Source: Bdellovibrionales bacterium (GTDB taxonomy: Bacteria; Bdellovibrionota; Bdellovibrionia; Bdellovibrionales; UBA1609). From it: 64,000 bases of DNA. The stretch spans positions 32,001-96,000 of the forward strand of contig JBFWVI010000004.1 in NCBI GenBank assembly GCA_050246815.1. Reading direction: 5' to 3'. Below, piece by piece: positions 29,242 through 38,916 of the stretch. Each line of letters opens with the position of its first letter. The stretch's first letter is position 1. A program made the translations under genes and the position numbers. The notes beneath the pieces were generated by a model that ran no database searches, was not told the origin of the DNA, and saw nothing but the letters and a program-made list of their open reading frames with translations.

Positions 29242-29520
29242 TTATCTGAGCTTCTGCACGCAGCAAACCATGACCGTTTCAAGATTGGACCGTCGGCCAT
29301 CATTTTTGATCTGTCCTGGCACAACGCTGAAAGCGTAGTTCAAATCGCAACGCTCATTCATCACTCTTCCCGCGCCTTCCCACGCCGAGTCCATGCAAGT
29401 CGCAACCGGTGTCGTTTGAGCCGGTTCACGACTAGGACTCGCAGGCTTTTGTGGCATCGCACAACTCGCCATAAGGCACAGACTCAAAATCCAAAAAACG
29501 GCTTGAATTTGTTTTTTCAT
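29242..29520 (-). CDS. Small lipoprotein
   Basis: Lipobox MASC; four further Cys; GGAG RBS. Confidence 0.65.
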   Translation of the reverse strand: MKKQIQAVFWILSLCLMASCAMPQKPASPSREPAQTTPVATCMDSAWEGAGRVMNERCDLNYAFSVVPGQIKNDGRRSNLETVMVCCVQKLR

Positions 29521-29563
29521 TTTACTCGCTCCCTTTTCTCTAAAATGACGCAGCGCTAAACCA

Positions 29564-29582
29564 AAAGGTGCCAGGCACCTTT
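29564..29582. repeat. Perfect 19-bp palindrome (REP-like or terminator-like) at the ilvA stop
   Basis: AAAGGTGCC-A-GGCACCTTT. Confidence 0.6.
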
Positions 29583-30786
29583 AAAGCACGCGGGCGCCGG
29601 TGGCGGCTAGGGCTTCGCGTAGCTTGGCGATGTGCTCGTTGCTTTTGGTTTCAACTAAAAATTCGATGCCGGTTTCACTGATCAAAAGATCAGGCCGCAG
29701 ACGATCATGTTTCACATCCAAAACATTGGCTTGTTCGGCTGCCAGTGCATTGGTCAAACGCTGCAACGTGCCCGGGCGATCCGGCACCACCACGCTCAAA
29801 CGCGCCAGACGACCCTTTCGGCTCAAACCCCGCTCGATCACCATCGAAACAATATTCAAATCGATATTGCCACCGCTTAAAACCAGACAGGTTTTTTTAC
29901 CCAAATCCCATTTGGCTTTGGCCGCAGCGGCAAGCACGGTGGCGCCGGACCCCTCAACCACTGTTTTCGCACGCTCCAACAACCACACGATGGCCTCGGC
30001 AATTTCGTCATCGTTGACCGCAATGATGTCGTCCACTAAGCGGCTGATGTAGTTTTTGTGCATCTCTGGGGTGGGTTTTTTCACGGCGATGCCATCGGCA
30101 ATGGTCAAAGCACTATCCATCTCATCAATCTTTTGGCCTTTAAACAAGCGCATCATGCCTGTCGCTTGGCTTGAAACCACGCCATAAATCTTGCACGAGG
30201 GCCGTAAAACCTTCACCGCCGTAGCCACCCCACTGATCAATCCACCGCCACCTATCGGAACCACCACGGAGTCCAGATCCGGCAAATCCTTGATCAACTC
30301 CAGGCCCAAAGTTCCTTGTCCGGCAATGGTCATGGGATCATTGAAAGCGTGAACAAAAGTATAGCCCTTTTCTCTTTCAAGCTGCTTGGCGTGAGCATAG
30401 GCTTCGTCGTAGTGCTGCCCATACAATACGATTTCAGCACCATAACTTTGCGTCGCCATCACCTTGATCAATGGTGAATTCACCGGCATCACGATGCGCG
30501 CTTTAGCACCCATGCGAGTCGCTGAAAATGCCACACCTTGGGCATGATTGCCGGCACTGCTGGCCACGATGCCCCGGGCACGCTCTTCAGGCGATAGACT
30601 TAAAATCTTATTCAATGCACCGCGAATTTTAAAACTGCCGGTGGTCTGTTGGTTTTCAAGCTTGAAGTGGACTTCGGATCCTAGCCATTCGCTGGCACTG
30701 CGGGAATGATTAAGCGGCGTGTGCGCCGCAGTTCCTTTGATTCGCTCGGCGGCGTTTTGAATATCGACAAGGGTAACATTCGACAT
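29581..30786 (-). CDS. ilvA: Threonine ammonia-lyase with ACT domain
   Basis: KLENQQTTGSFKIRGA, SAGNHAQG, PIGGGGLISG, SGGNID, PDRPG. Confidence 0.93.
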   Translation of the reverse strand: MSNVTLVDIQNAAERIKGTAAHTPLNHSRSASEWLGSEVHFKLENQQTTGSFKIRGALNKILSLSPEERARGIVASSAGNHAQGVAFSATRMGAKARIVMPVNSPLIKVMATQSYGAEIVLYGQHYDEAYAHAKQLEREKGYTFVHAFNDPMTIAGQGTLGLELIKDLPDLDSVVVPIGGGGLISGVATAVKVLRPSCKIYGVVSSQATGMMRLFKGQKIDEMDSALTIADGIAVKKPTPEMHKNYISRLVDDIIAVNDDEIAEAIVWLLERAKTVVEGSGATVLAAAAKAKWDLGKKTCLVLSGGNIDLNIVSMVIERGLSRKGRLARLSVVVPDRPGTLQRLTNALAAEQANVLDVKHDRLRPDLLISETGIEFLVETKSNEHIAKLREALAATGARVL

Positions 30787-30794
30787 GCCCCTAT

Positions 30795-31022
30795 TCAGAA
30801 GTTTTCCCAGTAAACCGTCAAGCCCTGAATCGGATTATATTCGCCCTCTAAGCGAGGCGGACGTAACGTGCTATCACCACTGACAATGGTGAAGCGATCA
30901 TCGAAATAGTAAAATGGTGCAAGGCTTCGGTGGCAGTCCGAACAATGAAGTGTCGGCGTGTCCTTTTTGACATTCAAATAGCCGCAATGATGACAGCGGC
31001 GATAGTGGGCGGGCTGTTCCAT
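30795..31022 (-). CDS. Small zinc-ribbon protein
   Basis: CHHC...CSDC; GGAG RBS; 8 nt upstream of ilvA. Confidence 0.7.
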   Translation of the reverse strand: MEQPAHYRRCHHCGYLNVKKDTPTLHCSDCHRSLAPFYYFDDRFTIVSGDSTLRPPRLEGEYNPIQGLTVYWENF

Positions 31023-31382
31023 AAAAGCACTCCATCTTTATCCCCCCACGACCAATTACATCCAACCAGGCCTAGAATACCAAAGAGACCGATTTTTCAC
31101 CATTACATCGAGCCTAAATATTTAATATCACAATGAAATTGTGTATAATGACTTTACGCGTTAAAGACTCATTTTGAACTCCGCTAAGGATTTCGCAGAG
31201 ATTTTGTGTCAGGTCATTAGTCATTAAGGCGTGGTGCGGCGCAGCGTAATTGTGCCCAAACTGCTGCCCCAACTCAATTTGAGCATGCGGCGAGGACGTG
31301 TAATTTTGTCCTCAAGCCTTCGTCGTATTTGACCCCCTGATCCGCCACTTTTAGTCTGACGCCAAATAAAAAGGGAGAACTC

Positions 31383-31943
31383 GTGAAATTCCTAAGTTCG
31401 ATTGTTTGCGCCATCAGTTTAGTCAGCTCTTCTGCTTGGACGAATGAAATTCAAAGCCAACGTGCCAAACCCCAACCGCTCAAAAAAGAGGTCGAAGTGA
31501 CCAACACGACCTTCGCTCAGCTGATCTGGGAAGCCTTGTCGCAGAACCTGACCCCAGAAGTCGACAATCGCATCGGCTTCAGCGAAACCACCTACAATGT
31601 GGATATGGGTTTAAGCTGCTCAAGACAATGGGGCTCTGGAGCGCCCGTTCGAGGCAAGTCCCGTTACAAGTTTTCGTGCGTTCTGCTACCCGATAGCGGT
31701 TGGCGCGACATGGGCAGCAAAACCTATGGCAGCGGCAGTAACGAAAAGTTTTCGCGAAGCTTGTACAACGCCTTAGGTGTGGAAGAGGTTGTCGAAGAAG
31801 GCCTCGGTACAAAAGCCATCGAACTCAATGTGCCAGATGGCGAAGGTGGCACCGAGCGCAATCTTTTGACCTGCATTTCGCCCAAAACCAAAAAAGCAAA
31901 AGAATTCTTTCGCACTTCTTGTTCGCTGATGAATGCGTTGTAA
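31383..31943 (+). CDS. Secreted hypothetical protein
   Basis: GGGAG RBS, signal peptide, four Cys in two similar halves. Confidence 0.7.
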   Translation: MKFLSSIVCAISLVSSSAWTNEIQSQRAKPQPLKKEVEVTNTTFAQLIWEALSQNLTPEVDNRIGFSETTYNVDMGLSCSRQWGSGAPVRGKSRYKFSCVLLPDSGWRDMGSKTYGSGSNEKFSRSLYNALGVEEVVEEGLGTKAIELNVPDGEGGTERNLLTCISPKTKKAKEFFRTSCSLMNAL

Positions 31944-31954
31944 TCGGATGACTT

Positions 31955-31984
31955 AAAGAGCGTCAGGCTCAGCCGACGCTCTTT
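31955..31984. terminator. Probable bidirectional intrinsic terminator
   Basis: AAAGAGCGTC...GACGCTCTTT hairpin between convergent genes. Confidence 0.75.
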
Positions 31985-31995
31985 GAGTTTTGATG

Positions 31996-32730
31996 TTAAA
32001 CCGAAGCTCGTAAAATCCCTAAAAAGCTGGGCACCTCTAAAGAGGCCCCCCCGATCAAAAAACCATCGACATTGGGAAGCTTGCCTAATTCTTTAGCGTT
32101 GTCGGGCTTCACACTGCCGCCATAGAGCAATGGAACCTGGGCTAATGCGGGGTGATGTTTACTTAACCACTCACGAATGAATTGATGGGTTCCCAGCACC
32201 TGATCAGTGGTCGCCACCTTACCCGTGCCGATGGCCCATACTGGCTCATAGGCGATCCAAAGTGGTGCGCCCGGCTCCAACTCGCTTAAACCGACCTGCA
32301 GTTGGCGGCCCAGCACCTTGTTGGTGAGGGCCTCTTCACGCTCTTCTAGGGTTTCGCCGATACAAAAGATCGGCGTGATTTTTTGTCCCTGCAGCACTTT
32401 AATTTTTCGCGCGATCATCTCGTCGGATTCGGCAAACAGTTGACGGCGTTCGCTGTGCCCCACAAGGCAAAACTTGGCGCCCATGGCGGCTAAGGTCGAA
32501 GGCGAATTTTCACCGGTGAATGCGCCGCTCAAATGCCAATCACAATTTTGTCCACCGACTTGAACCGCCGCCCCTTGCAGTGACTGCATCACAGAGGACA
32601 AACAAAGCGCGGGGGGTAAAACCACCAACTGCTTCTGCTCGCTCGTCGAAGCGTCTTTCAAAAGTTGCGTGATGAAGCTTGTCGCCTCTTGTGGATCTTT
32701 ATTTAATTTCCAGTTGCCGGCGCAGATCAT
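31996..32730 (-). CDS. tpiA: Triosephosphate isomerase
   Basis: AGNWK, GAFTGE, VGHSERR, AYEPVWAIGTG, YGGSV, GGASL. Confidence 0.97.
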   Translation of the reverse strand: MICAGNWKLNKDPQEATSFITQLLKDASTSEQKQLVVLPPALCLSSVMQSLQGAAVQVGGQNCDWHLSGAFTGENSPSTLAAMGAKFCLVGHSERRQLFAESDEMIARKIKVLQGQKITPIFCIGETLEEREEALTNKVLGRQLQVGLSELEPGAPLWIAYEPVWAIGTGKVATTDQVLGTHQFIREWLSKHHPALAQVPLLYGGSVKPDNAKELGKLPNVDGFLIGGASLEVPSFLGILRASV

Positions 32731-32759
32731 GAGTCCCCCACTCAAAAAAGCGTGCAAGT

Positions 32760-33992
32760 TTAATCGTTGACCACATTCTCGGAACGTTTCGGTGCGCGCA
32801 GAGCCTCGATGCCCGGCAATTTTTCGCCTTGCAAATATTCGAGCGAAGCGCCGCCTCCGGTCGAGATGTGGCTCAGGCGGTCACCATAACCGGATTCGTT
32901 GGCCGCTGCGGCCGAATCACCGCCCCCCACGATGGTGGTGGCTTTGGTGTTTTCTGCCAAAGCTTTGGCCAACGAAAAACTTCCACTGGCGTATTCTGGC
33001 TTTTCAAAAACTCCCATGGGACCGTTCCAGAAAATGGTTTTGCAACGAGCGACCTCTTGGCTAAACGACTCGATCGTCTGCGGGCCGATGTCCACCGCCA
33101 TCCAGCCTTCGGGAATTGCCGCATCTTTGGTGGTCTTACGGCTGGCCACATCATCAAAAGACGACACAATCAAATGGTCCATAGGCAGCAATAACTTTTT
33201 ACCGCGGGCGTCCATGCGCGAAATCAAATCGCCCGCGAACTTCACCTTGTCTTTTTCTAACCGTGAAGCGCCGATCGGTAAACCTTTCGCGGCCAAGAAG
33301 GTGTAGGCCATTGCGCCGCCGATCATCAGACTATCCACCCGATCAATCAGCATTTCAATCATGTCGATCTTATCAGAAACCTTGGCGCCACCCATGATCG
33401 CAAGATAAGGCGATTCATGGTCGAAGCGAACTTTGTCCAGCATCTCGATTTCTTTTTTCATCAAGAAACCAACCCCGCGCTGGGTCAACAGCTGAGGCAA
33501 AGCCACAATACTGGCGTGGGCGCGATGACTGGCGCCGAAAGCGTCATTGATGTAAATGTCAACGTAATCCGCCATGTGCGAGGCGAACTCGCGATCGTTG
33601 GCCTCTTCGCCTTCATCAAAGCGCAAGTTCTCCAGCATCACGATTTGGCTTGGTTTCAAACCCGCCAGCAGTGCCTTTGGTGCGTCGCTGCTGGGCTCTT
33701 CGACCAAAATTACTTCTTTGTCGACCAATTGGCTTAAATAATCGGCGACAGGTTCCAGCGACATGGTTTTACGATCGGCCGCCGTCTTTGGACGGCCCCA
33801 GTGCGAGGCCAAAATAATTTTGGCGCCCTTTTCAATGGCATAACGGATCGTGGGCATGGCCGCCTGAATGCGGGTGTCGTCGGTGATTTTGCCATCTTGC
33901 ATCGGCACATTGAAATCCACACGAATAAACAGGCGTTTGTCCTCAAGCTGAAAATTCTCGATGGAACGGATACCCTCTAATGTTTTGGCCAT
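32760..33992 (-). CDS. pgk: Phosphoglycerate kinase
   Basis: RVDFNVP, LENLRF, DAFG..HRAHAS, GGAKVSDK, STGGGASLE. Confidence 0.97.
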   Translation of the reverse strand: MAKTLEGIRSIENFQLEDKRLFIRVDFNVPMQDGKITDDTRIQAAMPTIRYAIEKGAKIILASHWGRPKTAADRKTMSLEPVADYLSQLVDKEVILVEEPSSDAPKALLAGLKPSQIVMLENLRFDEGEEANDREFASHMADYVDIYINDAFGASHRAHASIVALPQLLTQRGVGFLMKKEIEMLDKVRFDHESPYLAIMGGAKVSDKIDMIEMLIDRVDSLMIGGAMAYTFLAAKGLPIGASRLEKDKVKFAGDLISRMDARGKKLLLPMDHLIVSSFDDVASRKTTKDAAIPEGWMAVDIGPQTIESFSQEVARCKTIFWNGPMGVFEKPEYASGSFSLAKALAENTKATTIVGGGDSAAAANESGYGDRLSHISTGGGASLEYLQGEKLPGIEALRAPKRSENVVND

Positions 33993-33997
33993 GATTT

Positions 33998-35002
33998 TTA
34001 CAGTCCTCGGTCGCTCATGACTTTCGCCATGTCGACCATACGTTGTGAGAAACCCATTTCGTTGTCGTACCAAGCGTAAACTTTGGCCATGTGACTGCCC
34101 ATCACCATGGTGCTGGGCAAATCAATGATTGAGCTGTAGGGATTGCCGATGAAGTCACAGCTGACCAACGGGGCCGACTCGCAAGTTAAAATGCCCTTCA
34201 GCTCACCTTCGGCTGCTTTTTTGAATGCACCATTGATGCTTTCAACTGACATCTCTTTTTTGGATTGCAGCACCAAGTCCACTAAGCTTACGGTGGGGGT
34301 CGGCACCCGAATCGAAATGCCATCGATCTTACCTTTGAGCTCGGGCATCACCAATCCCACCGCTTTGGCCGCTCCCGTGGTGGTGGGGATCATCGACAAC
34401 GCCGCCGCACGCGCACGGCGCAAATCTTTGTGAGGTGCATCCAAAATCTGCTGATCGTTGGTGTACGAGTGCACAGTGGTCATCATGCCATGTTCAATAC
34501 CAAAGGCGTCATGCAGCACCTTCACCATCGGAGCCAAACAGTTGGTGGTGCACGAAGCATTGCTGATCACTTGGTGTTTGCTGGGGTCATAAAGCTTGTG
34601 ATTTAAACCATAGACTACGGTCAAATCGACGCCATCAGCTGGCGCCGAAACCAAAACTTTTTTGGCGCCGGCATGCAAGTGCTTCAAGAAATCTTCTTTA
34701 TTTTTAAAGGCGCCAGTGCACTCCAAAACAATGTCCGCACCCCAATCTTTCCAGGGGATCTCGGCCGGGTTTTTATGGGCCGAAACCGGAATTTTTTTGC
34801 CTTTCACCACGAGCCCTTTTTCTTCAGCTTTGACTTCTCCGTCAAAACGACCTTGGGTGCTATCATACTTCAGCAGGTGAGCCATGCCTTTGGGATCATC
34901 AAGACTGTTGATACCCACGATTTCCAATTGATCAAAACCGGCGCGAAAAACCAGGCGACCGATACGACCGAAACCATTGATGCCGACTCTCACTTTAGCC
35001 AC
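33998..35002 (-). CDS. gap: Glyceraldehyde-3-phosphate dehydrogenase
   Basis: GINGFGRIGR, SNASCTTNCLAP, WYDNE. Confidence 0.97.
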   Translation of the reverse strand: MAKVRVGINGFGRIGRLVFRAGFDQLEIVGINSLDDPKGMAHLLKYDSTQGRFDGEVKAEEKGLVVKGKKIPVSAHKNPAEIPWKDWGADIVLECTGAFKNKEDFLKHLHAGAKKVLVSAPADGVDLTVVYGLNHKLYDPSKHQVISNASCTTNCLAPMVKVLHDAFGIEHGMMTTVHSYTNDQQILDAPHKDLRRARAAALSMIPTTTGAAKAVGLVMPELKGKIDGISIRVPTPTVSLVDLVLQSKKEMSVESINGAFKKAAEGELKGILTCESAPLVSCDFIGNPYSSIIDLPSTMVMGSHMAKVYAWYDNEMGFSQRMVDMAKVMSDRGL

Positions 35003-35087
35003 AGGTAAGCTCCTTCAAAAAGTTCCCAAAAATGTGTGCGGGCGACAAACTATAACGATTCAGTCACAGGCGCAACTACAGGATGGT

Positions 35088-35867
35088 TCAGACTGGTAAG
35101 CCCCAGCGCGGAAACATCTTAGCCGCATTGGCATTGGTGGCCCGGGCCAACTCCACAGGGCTTAAGCCCTTGAGTTTGGCCACCAGCTCCGCGGTGTGCA
35201 CCACCATGGACGGCCGATTTTTGCGGCCACGATGTGGGGCAGGTGCCAAAAAGGGGGCGTCGGTTTCCACATGTAATCGGTCCAGAGGCACTTTGCCGCA
35301 AGTTAGGCGCAACTCCTCCGCGTTTTTGAAAGTCACCACTCCACTAAAGGAGATATTAAAATCCACGGCCAAGGCGGCCTCAGCCATGCGCCAAGAGCTG
35401 GTGAAACAGTGTAGAAGCCCTTTCACGCGACCTTTAAACTCATTCAAAACCAAAATGGTGTCATCTTCGGCATCGCGAGTGTGGATTTCAACCGGCAGAC
35501 CGGCCGCTTCAGCAATTTGCATCTGTTCGCGAAAAGCGGCCATTTGCACCTCGCGTGGCGAGTTGTTGTAGTAATAATCCAGGCCGATCTCGCCCACCGC
35601 CACCACTTCGCGGTTTTTAAGCCCTGCCCTCAACTGCTCGGCCACCTGGGCATTCCATAACTGCGCATCATGGGGATGGACACCCAGGGTGCAAGCGACT
35701 TGAGGGAAGTACTTTTGCGCATAACCTAAAACCAGGGGCCAATCTTCAGGGCCGGTGCCGATGGTGATCACGTGTGAAACCCCAGCCGCGGCGGCCTCTT
35801 GCAGGGCAGCTTCCGCAGGTAAATCGAGCATATTCAAATGGGTGTGAACATCAATCCAAGTGTTCAT
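35088..35867 (-). CDS. tatD: TatD family hydrolase
   Basis: D.H.H, GVHPH, GEIGLDY, H.RDA, HCF, ETDAP. Confidence 0.93.
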   Translation of the reverse strand: MNTWIDVHTHLNMLDLPAEAALQEAAAAGVSHVITIGTGPEDWPLVLGYAQKYFPQVACTLGVHPHDAQLWNAQVAEQLRAGLKNREVVAVGEIGLDYYYNNSPREVQMAAFREQMQIAEAAGLPVEIHTRDAEDDTILVLNEFKGRVKGLLHCFTSSWRMAEAALAVDFNISFSGVVTFKNAEELRLTCGKVPLDRLHVETDAPFLAPAPHRGRKNRPSMVVHTAELVAKLKGLSPVELARATNANAAKMFPRWGLPV

Positions 35868-36718
35868 CGCGCGGGCCCCGCATACTGGGCTGAAACTTTC
35901 AGCCAAAAACTTTCCACAGCCAAAAGACGGTCCACCTGGGCCTCAATTTCACTTTTTAAATCCAGCAACGCGGTCCAAGCAAATTCAAGCGCTGGCGTTG
36001 AGGTCGAAAGTGAGCTGGCCACGGTCCTCGACTCGGTCCAAGTTAAGGGCAGCCCGGCCGCCTGGCGACGCGCCTGGTGCAGCAAAGCACTCCAAAGACG
36101 CACACACTGCAACGCCCCTTCCCGCTCGCGCACGACCTCGCGCCAAGCGTCGTCTTGCACCTTTTGTCCTTGCGCGATGTCTTGCCACCAACCCATCGAC
36201 TGTTTCACAAATTCAGCTTGGTCCGAAAATTCAGCGACGAAGGGTTCGGCCTCGTTTGCATTCAATAAACGCACAAGTTGGCAGCGCGAACGAATGGTCG
36301 ACAAAAGCGCCGACGGTTGTCGTGTGGTGAGAAAAAAATAAGTGGCCGGGGGCGGTTCCTCGATCACTTTTAAGAGTGCATTAGCCGCCTGCGGATTCAA
36401 GCTTTCCGCCTGATCCAAAATGACCACCCTGGCCCCGCTCCAGTTCTCAAGCGACAAAGCTTCGCGCACCGGCCGCACTTGATCGATTTTGATCACGCCA
36501 TTTTCTGGCTGGACCAGCAGCAGACTTTCACTTTGTTGGGCCTTGATGCGTAGACAAGGACCGCAAGTGCCACAAGGACCGTGGGTGTCGCACACCAAAG
36601 TTTGAGCGATCTTCAAGGCCGCTGCCCGTAAGCCCACCCCATCCAAAGAGGTGAACAAAAGCGCGTGCGCCAAACGCCCCTCGCGGGCGGCCTGTTGCAA
36701 AGTTTGACTCACACCCAT
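35864..36718 (-). CDS. holB: DNA polymerase III delta' subunit (short)
   Basis: HALLF, C..PCG.C..C, AANALLK.IEEPP, TIRSRC; between tmk and tatD. Confidence 0.88.
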   Translation of the reverse strand: MGVSQTLQQAAREGRLAHALLFTSLDGVGLRAAALKIAQTLVCDTHGPCGTCGPCLRIKAQQSESLLLVQPENGVIKIDQVRPVREALSLENWSGARVVILDQAESLNPQAANALLKVIEEPPPATYFFLTTRQPSALLSTIRSRCQLVRLLNANEAEPFVAEFSDQAEFVKQSMGWWQDIAQGQKVQDDAWREVVREREGALQCVRLWSALLHQARRQAAGLPLTWTESRTVASSLSTSTPALEFAWTALLDLKSEIEAQVDRLLAVESFWLKVSAQYAGPAR

Positions 36719-37329
36719 CCCCGCTTTTTTAAATCCGCCAACAATTGCTCAAGCAAAATTTTCGGGGTTGCGGCCTCGCCGTCCACCACCAACCATTTTT
36801 GTGGCTCGGTCTTCACCTGAGACAGATAGTGTTCGTAAACGCGCTGGTGGAATTCACTTTTTTCTTGCTCAAAACGATCCACATGAGCTCGCTGCGAACG
36901 ACGCTTTTCCGCCGTGTCGACCGACACCTTTAGCAACACCGTCAAGTCGGGCGTGACCCCGTTGATCGCATACTGATTCAAATTTCGCACTTCTTGCTCG
37001 TCCAGCCCGCGTCCACCACATTGAAACGCCAACGAACTTGCGGTGAAACGGTCACAGATCACCCACTGCCCTTTTTCAAGCGCCGGCGCGATCACTTGAT
37101 CGACGTGTTGAGCCCGGCCCGCCTGGTACAGCAAAAGCTCCGCTCGGGGCACTGGCGCACGCGGGCCGTCTTCCAGCAAAAGTTTGCGGATCTCTTCACC
37201 CAAAGGAGTGCCGCCAGGTTCTCGAGTCAGCACCACGGTTTTGCCCTGGCTCTTCAACTGATCCGCCAACCCTTTGATCAAAGTGGATTTTCCTGAGCCA
37301 TCAAGGCCCTCAAAAACGACAAAAGGCAT
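36709..37329 (-). CDS. tmk: Thymidylate kinase
   Basis: FEGLDGSGKST, REPGG, RAQH, CDRF. Confidence 0.95.
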   Translation of the reverse strand: MPFVVFEGLDGSGKSTLIKGLADQLKSQGKTVVLTREPGGTPLGEEIRKLLLEDGPRAPVPRAELLLYQAGRAQHVDQVIAPALEKGQWVICDRFTASSLAFQCGGRGLDEQEVRNLNQYAINGVTPDLTVLLKVSVDTAEKRRSQRAHVDRFEQEKSEFHQRVYEHYLSQVKTEPQKWLVVDGEAATPKILLEQLLADLKKRGWV

Positions 37330-37439
37330 GTCGGGTAAAGTAAAACCCTGGGGGCCAATAGGCAACTCTGACAAAAATAATGCATAGCATCAAGCCTTAG
37401 GGCCAATGCACGTTTGGACACTTTTCGCCGATAAGCAAG

Positions 37440-38441
37440 GTGATGGCGAAAATAAATAAAATCAAAGTTTTGATAGCCGACGATGATGGCCAACTGAGCC
37501 GCCGTTTAGCCGATTTTATTTCGGACCATGGTTTTGAGGTGCGCATTGCCACCGGCGGCAACGACGCCAAAGCACAAATGCTCAATTGGCAGCCGCGCCT
37601 AGTGTTGGCTGATATGATGCTGCCCGAAGCCAATGCTCTCGATTTGTTGGATTTTTCCCGCGAGGAACCCCGCCTCAAGCACCGCCAGGTCCATGTGCTG
37701 GTGCTCTCGGGACACAACAGCGAATCCAATGTCCGCTTGGCTTTGAGTCGAGGCGCCAAGGATTACTTGGTTAAGCCCTTCCGCGTGGAGGACGTCCTTC
37801 GACGATTGGTCTTTCATTGCCGCACCTACCGCCACCTGACCGACCTCACACGCCAAGAATACTCCTCGGTGGATGAGGCCAGCTTAATGCTTCACTTAAC
37901 TGACCTGGTGCTTCGCCAAGCCATCACCGGCGATTCAATCCCCAATATTTTGTTCAATCTGACACGGATGGTGGCCTTAAAAGTGGCCGGCGTGCGCTGC
38001 TCGGTGATTCACGTTTTAGACCAAACAACTGGCGTGGTGGTGGTCTCGAATGACGACAAAGGCGCCACCGGCATCGAGCTGGATTTGAACAAATACCCCG
38101 AGGTCGTGAACGTCATCAATACGGGCGTGATGATCGCCATCGAAAACATCGAAAACTCGCCAGAGTTAAAACTTATAAAAGGGCAGCTGCGTGATATTAT
38201 GTTCAATTCGATGATTGTCTGCCCGATCTCGCGCTTCCAAAAGCCCTTTGGCGTCATCTCTTTGCGCATGCCAGCTGAAAAAGTCCAGATCAGCGACAAC
38301 GAGATGCGTTTCGTGGAGATTGTTTCACACGTGGTCAGCCTGGTCTTAAGCAACGAAAACTTCAAAGATATCGACCAGTTCTGGCAACTTGGCCGCCGCA
38401 ACACGCCAGTTGTCCCGATTGCCCGGGCCGCGAAAAAATAA
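37440..38441 (+). CDS. Response regulator receiver plus GAF-like domain
   Basis: IADDD, ADMMLP, LSG, KPF; C-terminal SMIVCPI...FGVISL. Confidence 0.85.
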   Translation: MMAKINKIKVLIADDDGQLSRRLADFISDHGFEVRIATGGNDAKAQMLNWQPRLVLADMMLPEANALDLLDFSREEPRLKHRQVHVLVLSGHNSESNVRLALSRGAKDYLVKPFRVEDVLRRLVFHCRTYRHLTDLTRQEYSSVDEASLMLHLTDLVLRQAITGDSIPNILFNLTRMVALKVAGVRCSVIHVLDQTTGVVVVSNDDKGATGIELDLNKYPEVVNVINTGVMIAIENIENSPELKLIKGQLRDIMFNSMIVCPISRFQKPFGVISLRMPAEKVQISDNEMRFVEIVSHVVSLVLSNENFKDIDQFWQLGRRNTPVVPIARAAKK

Positions 38442-38514
38442 CCCATAAAATAATATAGACCTGGCCCAACCCCTTCCCCTATACTGCGCGCTTCTTAATG
38501 GAGGCTTTCGGGCT

Positions 38515-38883
38515 ATGTTGTTAACGTTTTTGACGTGGGTACACGTCGTTGTGGCGCTGATTCTGATTTTCTTCGTGCTGTTGCAAGATCCTAAAGGTGG
38601 TGGCGCTATGGGCGTATTTGGCGGCGGCGGTGGCTCCAACTCACTGTTCGGCTCAACCGGAGCTGGCAACTTCTTTAGCAAAGTCACCACCACTGCGGCG
38701 ATTTTATTTGCGGTTTTGTGCATCGGTTTGACCTACACAATCTCGCACCCGGGTGACAGCGTGCTCGACAAAGCAGCCCCGGCCGCGAGCCCCGCGGCTG
38801 AACCGGCTGCAGCACAACCCGAGGCGCCAAGCGTGGCCCCCAATGAAAAACCGGCCGAGCAAACGCCGCCTGCGCAAAAGTAA
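38515..38883 (+). CDS. secG: Preprotein translocase subunit SecG
   Basis: LI..VLLQ..KGG....FGGG..SLFGS.G..NF..K.T; GGAGG RBS. Confidence 0.93.
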   Translation: MLLTFLTWVHVVVALILIFFVLLQDPKGGGAMGVFGGGGGSNSLFGSTGAGNFFSKVTTTAAILFAVLCIGLTYTISHPGDSVLDKAAPAASPAAEPAAAQPEAPSVAPNEKPAEQTPPAQK

Positions 38884-38916
38884 GCTTGGCCTTGTGACCT
38901 CGGTTACGGGTGAACA

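Noticed and set aside
31128..31149. CACAAT-GAA-ATTGTG inverted repeat next to TATAAT
   Set aside because: Single short instance with no assignable regulator
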